Both the position numbers and the translations under genes were made by a program. The notes below the pieces were generated by a model, which was not told the DNA's origin, ran no database searches, and worked only from the letters and a program-made list of their open reading frames with translations. A stretch of 64,000 nucleotides of DNA, from contig CAVSAC010000010.1 of the NCBI GenBank assembly GCA_963725865.1, positions 352,001 to 416,000 on the forward strand. The letters run 5' to 3'. Every line of letters begins with the position of its first letter. The first letter of the stretch is position 1. The DNA comes from Candidatus Eiseniibacteriota bacterium (GTDB lineage: Bacteria > Eisenbacteria > RBG-16-71-46). Positions 39,677-49,661 of the stretch are shown here, piece after piece.

Positions 39677-42244
39677 TTATCTCGTCAGGACTGCGCGTGC
39701 CGTGCGCACCACCGGCGTGCCGTTCGCGCGGATGACCGCGCGCGCGAAGTACACCCCACTCGCGGGCCGCCAGCCCCCCGCGAAGGCGTCGAGCCGATGA
39801 CGGCCGCCGGCGAGCGCGGCGTCCAGCAGCCGGGCGACCTCGCGCCCACCCACGTCGAAGACGCGGACCTCGACCCGGGCGGCCTCCGGAAGGTCGAGCT
39901 CGAACGCCGGCGCGACCCCGCCCGCGAGCGCGACGAAGCGGATCGCCGCGACCTGGTCGATCCCCGCTCCGGGACCGACGTCGTTGGTTCCCGCCGTGAT
40001 CGCGATCCGGACGGAGCTGTCGCCGTAGACCACGGCGGCCTGTCCCGACAGCGGGTTTCCGTTCCAGGTGACGCTGCTGAAGCCACCCAGGCGCGCGCGG
40101 CAGGTGAGCACGGTGAACGTGTCGCCGACGGTGCGAAGGAAGCTCGGATCCAGCTCGAGGTCGAGTGTCCCACCGAGCGCGGCCAATCCGCTCGCGACCA
40201 GCGTGTCGCTGACCGGATCGCCGGCGGACGTGGTGCCCAGCTTGACGTGGAAGTGCCCGTTCCCCGTCTGAACGAAGTCCCCGGTCAGTCGGAGCGTGCC
40301 GAACGAGCCTGTCTCGGACGCGGGCACCAGCCTGGCGGCGTTCTGCAGCCGCGCCGAGAGCCGGCCGTAGCCCGCGAGCTGTCCGCTCGAACTCACGTTG
40401 ATTTGATTCGCGTGGATCTCGCCGTCCTCGAGGTGGACGCTGTCGTGCACCTCGAGCTGGCCGGTGGTCGTGAATCGTCCACCGCCCCTCAGCGTCAGCG
40501 TGCCGCCCGCGGCGTGAATCGTCGTCACCGGCACCCCCGCCCCGCCCGCGAGCACCTCGACCACGCCTCCATCGTCCACCTCGAGCGCCCCGGTGCCCGC
40601 GGCGATGCCGCCACCGCCGACATCGACCGGCCCCACGGCATGGAGCGCGGAGCCCGCCCCGGTCACGGTGATCCGGCCCGAGCCCGTGCCGCTCGCGCCC
40701 AGATAGATGTACCGCACGGCGACGATTGCCCCCGAGCGCACGTCGACCGCGCCGTGACCGCGATTCCCGACGATCAGCGGGCCGATCGAGACGAGCACGG
40801 CGGAGGAGTCCACGACGGCGGTGCCGTCCCCGGCGAGCGAATCCCCGAGCACGGTCGAGCCCGCACCCATGTTGAGAACCGTGCCCGGGCCGCTCACGCG
40901 CAGCGCGCCCGAGCCACCGCGGCCGAGCTGGAGCTGCGCCGACGTCGAGACCGTGGACGGGCCGACGCTCGAAGCTCCGCCCGCGATCCACAGTTCGGGC
41001 GTGCCGACCTGGCTCGACACCACGAGCGTCCGTGCCGGCGGCCACACGAACGCCCCGCCGTGTACGTGCGTGATGCCGCCTCGCAGGTCGAGCCCGGGCT
41101 CGGTCGCGGTCGTGATCCTGAGTCCGCCGCTGCCGATGAACTCGGCGCCTTGGAGCACCCGCAGCACGCAGTTCTGGTCGCCCGCCGAGCTCCCGACCTC
41201 GCACCAGCCGCCGACGCGCAGCGTCGAGGGGCCGGCGACATTGACCTCGGCGCGACCCGCCGGAATGACGAAGAACGAGCGACCGACGCCGAGGTTGCCG
41301 TCCACGTTCGCCTGGGTGGACCTGAACACCGCCCCCGGCCCGACGTTGAACGTCCCAACGGCGCCGGAGCTGCGGCCCACGTACACGCTGCGGTCCGCGT
41401 CGAGCGCGCCGCCGTTGGTGACGTTGAGCGTGCCGTTGCCGGAGGCGCCGACCACGAGATCGCCGAACCCCACCATGTAGAGATGACTCGAGGCGAGGGT
41501 CAGCAGATCGATCCCCGCCACGTTGACGGTGCCGTTCGACCCCAGGACGCTCCCGATCGTCATCCCCCACGTCGAGCTGCTCGCGTCGCCACTGTACAGG
41601 CGTGCGCCCCCGCCCACGGTGAGCCGTCCGCTGCCGTGGTTGCCGACGAGGTCTCCGTTGCCGTTCCCGCCGACGAACGCGTGCGAGTGGAACTCCGTGG
41701 TCTTGCCCGTGAGCGTGAAGTCGGCGAGGTTGGCGCTGCCGTTCACCTCGAGGTAGTCCGCGTTCACGATGCCGCCCGTGATGCGCGTCGTGCTGCCGAA
41801 CGAGCCGCTTCCCGGCATCACGTAGAAGCTCCGCGTCGTGTGCGGCGCGCTGAACTGCAGGGTGATGTTCCCGCCCGTGTAGCTGTGCCCGAACGTGCTC
41901 GCGACACCCGCGGGGAACGTGATGGTGTAAGTGCCGGCGAGGATGCCGTTGACGTAGTCGGCGCCCGTGGGGAGGCCGGTGGGCGTCCAGTTCGTCGAGA
42001 CGTCGGCCGAGCCGCTCACCGCCGACTTCCACCCGTAGCTGACGAACGCCGACGCCGGGGACGGCGCGCTGCCACTCGCGATCAGCAGCACCGCGAGGAC
42101 GCCCCGGATGCACGGTGCCAGCCAGGCGCCGCGGCCCGGGAGTCGAAACCGTTCGAGGACTCGCATGCGATCTCTGTGGTGGAGTGCCGCGAGGGTGAGC
42201 GAGAAGGTGCGGGCGACGGCATGCGAACCGAATGGGACGAACAT
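39677..42244 (-). CDS. Secreted beta-helix-like protein with T5SS/PEP-CTERM-associated-type repeats and variant CTD
   Basis: AAGGAG RBS, ATG 42244 (alternative start 42166), signal ..SPASA. NWTPTGLP; repeats LVVGASGNGTLNVTNGG and LGASGTGSGRITVTGAGS; GTLRLTGDFVQ..SDTLVASGLAALGGTL; tail VFDVGGREV..ASGVYFARA. Confidence 0.82.
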   Translation of the reverse strand: MFVPFGSHAVARTFSLTLAALHHRDRMRVLERFRLPGRGAWLAPCIRGVLAVLLIASGSAPSPASAFVSYGWKSAVSGSADVSTNWTPTGLPTGADYVNGILAGTYTITFPAGVASTFGHSYTGGNITLQFSAPHTTRSFYVMPGSGSFGSTTRITGGIVNADYLEVNGSANLADFTLTGKTTEFHSHAFVGGNGNGDLVGNHGSGRLTVGGGARLYSGDASSSTWGMTIGSVLGSNGTVNVAGIDLLTLASSHLYMVGFGDLVVGASGNGTLNVTNGGALDADRSVYVGRSSGAVGTFNVGPGAVFRSTQANVDGNLGVGRSFFVIPAGRAEVNVAGPSTLRVGGWCEVGSSAGDQNCVLRVLQGAEFIGSGGLRITTATEPGLDLRGGITHVHGGAFVWPPARTLVVSSQVGTPELWIAGGASSVGPSTVSTSAQLQLGRGGSGALRVSGPGTVLNMGAGSTVLGDSLAGDGTAVVDSSAVLVSIGPLIVGNRGHGAVDVRSGAIVAVRYIYLGASGTGSGRITVTGAGSALHAVGPVDVGGGGIAAGTGALEVDDGGVVEVLAGGAGVPVTTIHAAGGTLTLRGGGRFTTTGQLEVHDSVHLEDGEIHANQINVSSSGQLAGYGRLSARLQNAARLVPASETGSFGTLRLTGDFVQTGNGHFHVKLGTTSAGDPVSDTLVASGLAALGGTLDLELDPSFLRTVGDTFTVLTCRARLGGFSSVTWNGNPLSGQAAVVYGDSSVRIAITAGTNDVGPGAGIDQVAAIRFVALAGGVAPAFELDLPEAARVEVRVFDVGGREVARLLDAALAGGRHRLDAFAGGWRPASGVYFARAVIRANGTPVVRTARAVLTR

Positions 42245-42291
42245 GGCGGGGCTCCTTGGGCCGTGGGGCGACAGGGTGGTCGTGATCCCCA

Positions 42292-42319
42292 TGACGTCCG
42301 GAGCGCGGACATTGCACAC
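42292..42319 (-). promoter_or_regulatory. Shared bipartite motif copy 2: GTGTGC-N13-CGGACGTCA
   Basis: 47 nt upstream of ATG 42244, in the divergent intergenic region shared with the ECF gene. Confidence 0.6.
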
Positions 42320-42367
42320 CCGCCGGGGGGGAATCGGATCCCCGCCGGCCACCCGCTCGATCCCCGG

Positions 42368-42376
42368 TGGTATGCT
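42368..42376 (+). promoter_or_regulatory. Possible extended -10 (TGnTATGCT) for the ECF-kinase operon
   Basis: TGGTATGCT about 40 nt upstream of GTG 42416. Confidence 0.35.
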
Positions 42377-42415
42377 CCCGCGCGATCTCGAGCCGTTCCG
42401 CAGGAGGGCCCCCCT

Positions 42416-43027
42416 GTGTCACCGTCGCCCCGCGAGATTCCGCCAGGCGGCGGTGCCGAGCGCACCGCCGACACGTTCCTGACCAGCGAGCTCGTGCAGC
42501 GTGCCCAGGCGGGCGACGCGGCGGCGCTCGAGCGCATCCTCGAGCGCTACCTTCCACGGCTCCAGCGCTGGGCCAGCGGCCGCCTGCCGTCGTACGCCCG
42601 CTCGCTGTTCGACACCACCGACATCGTCCAGGAGACCCTGCTGCGCACGCTCGAGGGCATTCACCGCATCGAGGCACGCCCGGGCGTGTTCCAGAGCTAC
42701 GTGCGAAAGGCGGTGCTCAATCGTATTAGGGATCAGATCCGCTGGGCGTCGCGGCGAGCGGGCTCCGGGGAGATCCCCGAGGACCTCGCCGATCCCGCGC
42801 CGTCGCCGGTGGAGCATGCGATCGGCGCGGACCTGCTGGCGCGCTACGAACGCGGCATGGAAGCGGTCGACGACGAGGATCGGCGCATCCTGCATCTGAG
42901 GATCGACCTGGACTTCGACTTCGACGAGATCGCGGCGATGACCGACCGACCGAGTCCCAACGCCGCGCGGATGGCGTTCCAGCGCGCGCTCGGGCGGCTT
43001 GCGGAGGCGATGGGCGGTGAGTCTTGA
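42416..43027 (+). CDS. ECF RNA polymerase sigma factor, kinase-associated type
   Basis: AGGAGG RBS, GTG 42416 (3' end of ORF 39353..43027). LVQRAQAGDAAALERILERY, DTTDIVQETL, FQSYVRKAVLNRIRD; sigma4 FDEIAAMTDRPSPNAARMAFQRAL. Confidence 0.92.
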   Translation: MSPSPREIPPGGGAERTADTFLTSELVQRAQAGDAAALERILERYLPRLQRWASGRLPSYARSLFDTTDIVQETLLRTLEGIHRIEARPGVFQSYVRKAVLNRIRDQIRWASRRAGSGEIPEDLADPAPSPVEHAIGADLLARYERGMEAVDDEDRRILHLRIDLDFDFDEIAAMTDRPSPNAARMAFQRALGRLAEAMGGES

Positions 43028-45899
43028 CGACGGCATCGAGCCGCTGATCGCGTCGGTCGCCAGCCGCACGCCCGTCGACTGGGACGCGGCGGCGCGCGGC
43101 GCCCGCGACGACGCCGAACGCGCGCGCGTGGCGGCCCTGCGCGGGATCGAGCGCATCGCGTCGTTCAGCCACGAGCAGTGGCAGCGATTCGGCACGTTGA
43201 TCGACCACGCGCGAACGCTGGACGGCTCGACGCTCGAGGACTGGCTCGGGAAGCTCGACGCGGACGACGCGACGGATCTGCGCTGGCTGCTGGCGCGGCC
43301 GCAGATCCCCACCCCCGGCCTTCGCGCGCCGCGCGATGCGCCCGACGACGACGCGGTCGCCGAGGTGGACGCTGGATGGGCGGACGCATCCACGCCCGCC
43401 ACGGGGCTGCGCCTGGGCGCGTACACCCTCGAGGCGCCGATCGGCGAAGGCGGCATGGGTGAGGTCTGGAGCGCGCGGCGCAGCGACGGGCGCTTCGAGG
43501 GCCGCGTCGCGATCAAGCTCCTGCGCCTGCCGCTCGTGGGCCGGCACGGCCGCGGCCGCTTCCAGCGCGAAGGCGAGATCCTCGCGCGCCTGAGGCATCC
43601 GCACATCGCGCAGCTGCTGGATGCCGGGGTGACGGATGGCGGCCAGCCGTTCCTGGTGCTGGAGCACGTGGACGGCGTGCCGATCGACCGCTACTGCGAC
43701 GCGCGCGGGCTCGACCTGCGCGCGCGCATCCGGCTGTTCCTCGACGTGCTCGAGGCGGTCGCGCACGCGCAGGCGAACCTGGTGCTGCACCGCGACCTCA
43801 AGCCCTCGAACATCCTCGTCGACCCGGCCGGCCGGGTGAAGCTGCTCGACTTCGGCGTCGCCAAACTGCTCGAGGCCGAGTCGGCCGCCGCCGCGGCGAC
43901 CGAGGTCACGCAGCACGCGGGGCGCGCGTTCACCCCCGAGTTCGCGGCGCCGGAGCAGCTGCTGGGCGAGCCCGTGACGACCGCGACCGACGTCTACTCG
44001 GCTGGCGTCGTGCTGTACCGGCTCCTCACCGCAGCGCACCCCAAGCCGATCGGCCAGGGCGCGCCGCTCGAGCGCCTCCGCGTCGCGCTCGAATCCGAGC
44101 CGCGGCTGGCGAGCCTGGCGGCGGGCGATCGGGAGCGGACCGCGACTCCCGCGGGGGGCGCACCATCGGCGGCACGGCGGCGCCGGCGCGAGCTGCGCGG
44201 CGATCTCGACAACGTCCTCGCGAAGGCGCTCAAGCGCTCACCCGCCGAACGCTACGCGAGCGCCGCCGCGTTCGCGGACGAGCTCCGGCGCTTCCTCGCC
44301 GGGGAGCCGGTGCTCGCGCGCGCGGACACGATCCGCTACCGGGTCGGCAAGTTCGTGCGCCGCCATCGTGGTCCGGTGATCGGCGCGAGCGCCGCCGTGC
44401 TCGCGCTCGCGGGCGTGACGGTCGTCGCCCTGCACGAGCGCGCGGATGCGCGGCGCCAGCGCGATGAGGCGCGCGAACAGGCGCGGCGGGCCGACGCGTT
44501 CACGCACGTCATCACGAGCCTGCTGTCCCAGGTCGGTCCCGGTGGCCGAGCGCTCACTCCAGAGGAGTTGCTCGATCGCGCGGTCGTCGAGATGGAGGCG
44601 TCCTACCGGGACCAGCCCGCATTCCTCGTGGACATGCTGATCCGGATCTCGGGCCGCTACTACGACCTCACGAACTCGAACAAGGAGCTCGCGACGCTGG
44701 AGAAGGCCGAAGCGGTTGCGCGGCGGGCGAACGACCCGGCGCTCGTCTTCGACGTGCAGGTCAATACCGTCGAGACCGAGCTGTCGCTCGGGCGACTGAA
44801 GGAGGCGACGCGGCGGATCGAGGAAGCGCGGCGCCTGCTGCCGACGCTGATCGTGAAGCCCGATCTCGACGACTACCTGCGCGCGGAGGCCAAGGTCGCC
44901 CGCGCGAACGGCGACTTCACGGCCGCCATCCGCTACCTCGAGGAAGCGCGTGCGCTGCTCGAATCGAAGCGCTCGACCAGTGGCAACAGCTACCCGGGGA
45001 TCCTGAGCGAGCTCGGCTATTCCTACATGCTGCTGGGAGCGACTCCGCAGGCATACGAAGTGAGCGAGCGGATCGTCTCACTGGACCGCGAACAGGGCCG
45101 CTCCGAGAGCGCGCCCGGCATCGCCGCGCGCGCGTCATTCGCCGCCGTGGTGTACAACCTCGGCGAGGTGAGACGGGCGCGCGCGCTGTACGAGGAGTTC
45201 GTCCGCGAGCGGCCGCGGGCGGGCAGCGAACTGCTGCCCGGGCTCTCGCACCTGTACGCCGACATGCTGAGCCGCATGGGGCTCCAGCAGGACGCCCTGC
45301 GGATCCTCGCCGATGCGGTGCCGCGCGCCGAGGAGAGCGACAACTGGTCGGTGATCGTCCGCGTCCGCGAATCGCAGACGCGGGTACTGCTGCGAGGCGG
45401 TCAGCTCGAAGAAGCCGGACGGGCTCTCGCGGCGACGTTCGCCGCGCTCGAGCACGACGAGGCTGCCCCGTTGCGATTCCGGGTCGAGGCGGACCGGCTC
45501 CGCGCCGAGCTGGCGCTCGCACGGGGGGATCTCGATGCGGCGCTCGGCGCCGCTCGCGCCGCGCTCGCGCGTGCGGGCTACCCCGCGCAGCGCCGCGGAC
45601 CGGGCCTCCCGGCCTGCGTGCGGACGCTCGCGCGGATCCAGCTCGCCCGCCACGAGTGGACCGCGGCCGCCGAGTCGGCCCGTGCGGCGGTCGAGATCTT
45701 CGAGCGCGACTCGATCGATCCGTCCCGCAGCGCCGACGTCGGGGAGGCCACGCTGCTGCTCGCCCGGGCGCAGCACGAGCAGGCGCTCACGAGCCAGGCG
45801 CGCCGGAATCTCCCCCGCGCGATCGAGTGCCTGCGCAACGGCCTGGGCGCCGAACACGAGCTGACCCGGCAGGCGCAGGCCTTCGCGGCCCAGTGGTGA
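43017..45899 (+). CDS. Membrane Hanks-type Ser/Thr protein kinase with C-terminal TPR-like region
   Basis: GGAGG RBS, GTG 43017 overlapping the sigma gene. GEGGMGEVW, VAIK, HRDLKPSN, DFG, FTPEFAAPEQ, DVYSAG; TM VIGASAAVLALAGVTVVAL; about 480 aa of helical repeats. Confidence 0.94.
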   Translation: MSLDDGIEPLIASVASRTPVDWDAAARGARDDAERARVAALRGIERIASFSHEQWQRFGTLIDHARTLDGSTLEDWLGKLDADDATDLRWLLARPQIPTPGLRAPRDAPDDDAVAEVDAGWADASTPATGLRLGAYTLEAPIGEGGMGEVWSARRSDGRFEGRVAIKLLRLPLVGRHGRGRFQREGEILARLRHPHIAQLLDAGVTDGGQPFLVLEHVDGVPIDRYCDARGLDLRARIRLFLDVLEAVAHAQANLVLHRDLKPSNILVDPAGRVKLLDFGVAKLLEAESAAAAATEVTQHAGRAFTPEFAAPEQLLGEPVTTATDVYSAGVVLYRLLTAAHPKPIGQGAPLERLRVALESEPRLASLAAGDRERTATPAGGAPSAARRRRRELRGDLDNVLAKALKRSPAERYASAAAFADELRRFLAGEPVLARADTIRYRVGKFVRRHRGPVIGASAAVLALAGVTVVALHERADARRQRDEAREQARRADAFTHVITSLLSQVGPGGRALTPEELLDRAVVEMEASYRDQPAFLVDMLIRISGRYYDLTNSNKELATLEKAEAVARRANDPALVFDVQVNTVETELSLGRLKEATRRIEEARRLLPTLIVKPDLDDYLRAEAKVARANGDFTAAIRYLEEARALLESKRSTSGNSYPGILSELGYSYMLLGATPQAYEVSERIVSLDREQGRSESAPGIAARASFAAVVYNLGEVRRARALYEEFVRERPRAGSELLPGLSHLYADMLSRMGLQQDALRILADAVPRAEESDNWSVIVRVRESQTRVLLRGGQLEEAGRALAATFAALEHDEAAPLRFRVEADRLRAELALARGDLDAALGAARAALARAGYPAQRRGPGLPACVRTLARIQLARHEWTAAAESARAAVEIFERDSIDPSRSADVGEATLLLARAQHEQALTSQARRNLPRAIECLRNGLGAEHELTRQAQAFAAQW

Positions 45900-45932
45900 C
45901 CGGGGCCGGGTGCCCCGGTGCACGACCGACGC

Positions 45933-45964
45933 CGACGGCCACTCCCGCTCGGGAGTGGCCGTCG
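45933..45964. terminator. Perfect 14-bp hairpin between convergent genes
   Basis: CGACGGCCACTCCC-GCTC-GGGAGTGGCCGTCG. Confidence 0.7.
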
Positions 45965-45990
45965 CGCGTTGCTTCTCTGAGAAGCTCCGT

Positions 45991-48900
45991 CTAGTGCACC
46001 AGCGCCACCTTGTTGGTCAGGTGCTCGCCTTCGGCGCTCAGGCGCATGAAGTAGACGCCGGCGGGAGCCGCGCCCCCGCGCTCGTCGCGCCCGTCCCACG
46101 TCACTTCGTGCAGTCCGGCGGCGAACACGCCGTCGGCCAGCACGCGCACGCGGCGTCCCTGCAGGTCGACCACGTCGAGTCGCGCCGGGCCCTGGCGGGT
46201 GAGCGCGAAGGAGACCGTGGTGCGCTCGCGCGCCGGATTGGGTCGCGCCTGCGCCAGCATCAACCCACCGCCCAGCGACGACGGCCCGACCGCGGCCGGG
46301 TTGTTCGACACCCGCGTGTCCCACTCGCGGCGCCCGTTGCGCGCCATCGAGGCCCACGGCGACGTCGGGAAGTAGACCGAGTGGCTGAGGGTGCGGAGCA
46401 GCCAGGAATAGGAAGTGCCCGGCGTGAGTCCGCTGACGTTCTGCCCGAGCAGGGTGAGGCTCCCGAACGCGCCACCGCCGCCGCCTGTCGGCGTGAAAGC
46501 GGCCTGGCGCCCGGCGATCGAGGGGCCGGGCGTGCCCACCGCGGGGTCGAGCTTCCATTCGTAGCGCACCTTCGTGCGGCCCGCCGCCGAGCGGCCGAGG
46601 CCGAAGAAGTACAGACCGCTCCCACCGGGCCGGCCGAGCATCGGGACGACGGTCCCGCCGCTCGAGCGCAGCGCGAACTTCGTGCGCACCTGCCCGAGAC
46701 CACCGGCACCGAGGTACAGGCGCGCGTCGCCCTGGCGGCCGTTGAAGCCGGGCAGCCCGAACACCAGGTCGCTCCACCCGTCGCCGTTGACGTCGCCGGC
46801 GTTCGCCACCGTGTGCCCGATGTTGGCGAACGTGCCGCCGCCGACCGCGGTCCACGCAGGCGCGGCACCCGGCGTGAGCGGACCGCGGTACACGAACACC
46901 TTGCCCTGGTCGTTCGCGCCGCCGGCGTTCATGAACACCGCACCCACCACGATGTCGCTCAGGCCGTCGCCGTCGATGTCGCCCGCACTGGACACCGACG
47001 AGCCGAAGCCGGAGAAGCCTTCACCGCCGGCCTGGCTCCAGATGGCGCTCGGGTTGAGCCCGGTCGACGAGCCGGCGAACGCGAACGCGCCGCCCTCGCC
47101 GGTGATGGCGGGCTGGTAGCCGAGCGCGCCGGCGACGACGTCGGAGTAGCCGTCGCCGTTCACGTCGCCGGCGAACGCGATCGAGCAGCCGAGGCGCAGG
47201 TTGCCGCTGCCCTCGACGTACTGGATGGCGCCGAGGCCAGCCGGTCCGCCGAGCGCCCACAGGATGCGCCCGGAATCCACCAGGAAGAACGGCCCCGCCG
47301 GCTTGTCGTAGTCGGGCACGCCGGCGACGATGTCGGAGTAGCCGTCGCCGTTGATGTCGCCGCCGCCGGCGACCGCCTGCCCCATGTGCGCGTCCTGCTG
47401 CCCGCCGTGAGCGCTCCACGCCACCGTGTGCGAGAGCCCACCCGAGCCGCCGAGGTAGACGAACACGCTGCCCTCGCCGGAGACCGTGGACGCGTCGGTG
47501 GGCGCGCCGACGATCACGTCGGCGTAGCCATCGCCATTGACGTCTCCCGCGCACGCCACCGAGCCCCCGAACTGGGTCGCCGAGCTCGTGGCAGTGACGC
47601 TGTCCGCGACCTGACCGCTCAGCAGCCCACCCGCCCGGCCGTACCAGATCAGCGCCTTGCCCACGCCGACGCCACCCTGGTGCGCACCGACGATGATGTC
47701 GTCGAAGCCGTCGCCGTTCACGTCGCCCGCCGATGCCACCGAGATGCCGAGCTGATCGCCCGCGGCGCCGCCGACCGCCGACCACACGCCGTTCGGCCCG
47801 ATCGCGCTGCCGTACTCGAGGAACACGCGGCCGCGGTTGCCCGCGGCGCCGTCGGAGAACGACGGGTCGCCGATCAGGAAGTCATCGTAGCCGTCGCCGT
47901 TCACGTCACCGGCGCTGGCGACCGACCAGGCGTAGTTCGGGCTCGCGAAGTCCCCGAGCAGGTTCCAATTGACCGCGGTGGACGGCTTGTCGCCGGTGCC
48001 GTAGTAGAGCTGGATCGCCCCTTCCTGGGACTGACCGTTCGAGTAGCCGGGCTCCCCGACCACCACGTCGCTGAAGCCGTCACCATTGACGTCCCCGGCG
48101 GTCGCCACCGAGAAGCCGAGGAGCGCGCCCGCCTGGTTGCTCTCGACCCAGAAGTTGGAAATCATCGTGGTCTTGTAGGACTGGAACACCGCGAAGAAGC
48201 CCTCGACGGACTCCGGCGAGCTGTAGTCGAAGGCGCCGACCACCACGTCGGCGAGGCCATCGCCGTTGACGTCGCCGGCCGGCCCCACCGAGTAACCGAA
48301 CTGCGCGCCCGCCGTCGGTCCGTACTCGCTCCAGAACAGCGTCGTGTCCACGCCCGTCGCGGAGCCGCGATAGATGCAGGCCTCGCCGCAATCGGTGAGG
48401 CTGAAGTAGTCCGCGGTGTTGGCGCCCACGATCACGTCCGAATAGCCGTCCCCGTTGACGTCGCCCGCGGTCCCCACGCTCACGCCGAAGTTTCCGCCCG
48501 AGCTGACGCCGCTGATCGTGATACGCGCCCCAAAGGCGCCCAGCCCGCCACCGTAGATCGGAAGGCCGGTCGCGCTGCCGAGGAACACGTAGGCCTCACC
48601 GGGCGCGGTCGCGCCCGGTGCGCCGACGATGATGTCGTCGTAGCCATCGCCATTCACGTCGCCGGCGGTGCTCACGGAGTTTCCCAGGTAGCTGTAGGCG
48701 GAGAGGAACTGGCAGCCGAACAGCGACCAGCTCGGGCCGGCGGGGATCCCGGTCGCGCTGCCGTAGAACACGTCGACCCGGCCGTGGCTGTCGGTGGTCC
48801 CGCCGCACAGGCCGAACTGCGAACCGTAGCCGGGCGTTCCTATGATGAGATCGTCGAAGCCATCGCCGTTGACGTCGCCAGCGGTGCCCACCGAAAAGGC

Positions 48901-49446
48901 GTACAAGCCCGCGCCGACGCCGATGGTGTTCGTCCACGGGTGTCCGGTGTCGAGCCCGGAGGGTCTGCCGTAGTACACGATCAACGTGCCGCCGCCGATG
49001 TTAGAGACACCGACCGCCACGTCGGCGTAACCGTCGCCGTTGAGGTCGCCGGCGGCACCGCAGGTCGGGTTGCCCGGCGCCAGGCCGGTGATCGGAAAGC
49101 CCGCGGCCAGCGACGGCCCGCTCGGGCCGCCGAGGAACAGGAAGAACGTGTTGGTCGTGCTGGTCGGCCCGGAGCCTACGGCGATCATGTCGCTGTAGCC
49201 ATCGCCGTTGACGTCACCCGCGGTGGAGACCGCCCAGCCCACCTGGCGCGCCGCGACGTTGTACTCGTACGGCCAGCCAGCGGCGGCGACCATGTTCAGC
49301 GGGCTCGCGCCGGCGGAGCGCGCGGCCGCCAGGGGCGTGAGCGGCGGGGCCGAGTCGGCGCGGGTGGCCGCCAGCGGCGGGAGGAACAGCAGGGCGATCA
49401 GGGCGAGAGCGCGGATGTCGGAGAGCGACGACCAGGCGGGGCGCAT
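45991..49446 (-). CDS. Secreted FG-GAP / integrin-alpha-like repeat protein (14 repeats) with CTD
   Basis: AGGAGG RBS, signal peptide; fourteen G-D(V/L/I)(N/D)GDGxxD Ca-binding loops; tail ARPNPAR..DLQGRRVRVL..WDGRDERG..AGVYFMRL. Confidence 0.93.
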   Translation of the reverse strand: MRPAWSSLSDIRALALIALLFLPPLAATRADSAPPLTPLAAARSAGASPLNMVAAAGWPYEYNVAARQVGWAVSTAGDVNGDGYSDMIAVGSGPTSTTNTFFLFLGGPSGPSLAAGFPITGLAPGNPTCGAAGDLNGDGYADVAVGVSNIGGGTLIVYYGRPSGLDTGHPWTNTIGVGAGLYAFSVGTAGDVNGDGFDDLIIGTPGYGSQFGLCGGTTDSHGRVDVFYGSATGIPAGPSWSLFGCQFLSAYSYLGNSVSTAGDVNGDGYDDIIVGAPGATAPGEAYVFLGSATGLPIYGGGLGAFGARITISGVSSGGNFGVSVGTAGDVNGDGYSDVIVGANTADYFSLTDCGEACIYRGSATGVDTTLFWSEYGPTAGAQFGYSVGPAGDVNGDGLADVVVGAFDYSSPESVEGFFAVFQSYKTTMISNFWVESNQAGALLGFSVATAGDVNGDGFSDVVVGEPGYSNGQSQEGAIQLYYGTGDKPSTAVNWNLLGDFASPNYAWSVASAGDVNGDGYDDFLIGDPSFSDGAAGNRGRVFLEYGSAIGPNGVWSAVGGAAGDQLGISVASAGDVNGDGFDDIIVGAHQGGVGVGKALIWYGRAGGLLSGQVADSVTATSSATQFGGSVACAGDVNGDGYADVIVGAPTDASTVSGEGSVFVYLGGSGGLSHTVAWSAHGGQQDAHMGQAVAGGGDINGDGYSDIVAGVPDYDKPAGPFFLVDSGRILWALGGPAGLGAIQYVEGSGNLRLGCSIAFAGDVNGDGYSDVVAGALGYQPAITGEGGAFAFAGSSTGLNPSAIWSQAGGEGFSGFGSSVSSAGDIDGDGLSDIVVGAVFMNAGGANDQGKVFVYRGPLTPGAAPAWTAVGGGTFANIGHTVANAGDVNGDGWSDLVFGLPGFNGRQGDARLYLGAGGLGQVRTKFALRSSGGTVVPMLGRPGGSGLYFFGLGRSAAGRTKVRYEWKLDPAVGTPGPSIAGRQAAFTPTGGGGGAFGSLTLLGQNVSGLTPGTSYSWLLRTLSHSVYFPTSPWASMARNGRREWDTRVSNNPAAVGPSSLGGGLMLAQARPNPARERTTVSFALTRQGPARLDVVDLQGRRVRVLADGVFAAGLHEVTWDGRDERGGAAPAGVYFMRLSAEGEHLTNKVALVH

Positions 49447-49661
49447 CGCGATGTCCTCCTGTGGGCAAGGGGGCTGCGGGCTGAACGACGCAGCGGTCGT
49501 CCAAAGAAGAGGGAGTCCGCCAGCGGAAGTTCGTCACAGGCGAACTCGGTGCGGCCTGCGTGCGCGGCCAGGGAGGACCCCGGCCGACCGTGTCGGGCGG
49601 GCGCGGCGCCCCCGCCCGGGGCGCGCCGGGTGGCGCTGACGCCGGTGCACTCCCTCCGGAT

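Noticed and set aside
36714..42677. 1987-aa ORF suggesting one giant protein
   Set aside because: Only the last 896 aa (from ATG 39404, with RBS and signal peptide) look like protein. The rest is an off-frame read through gene 39677..42244 and a hairpin-containing intergenic region.
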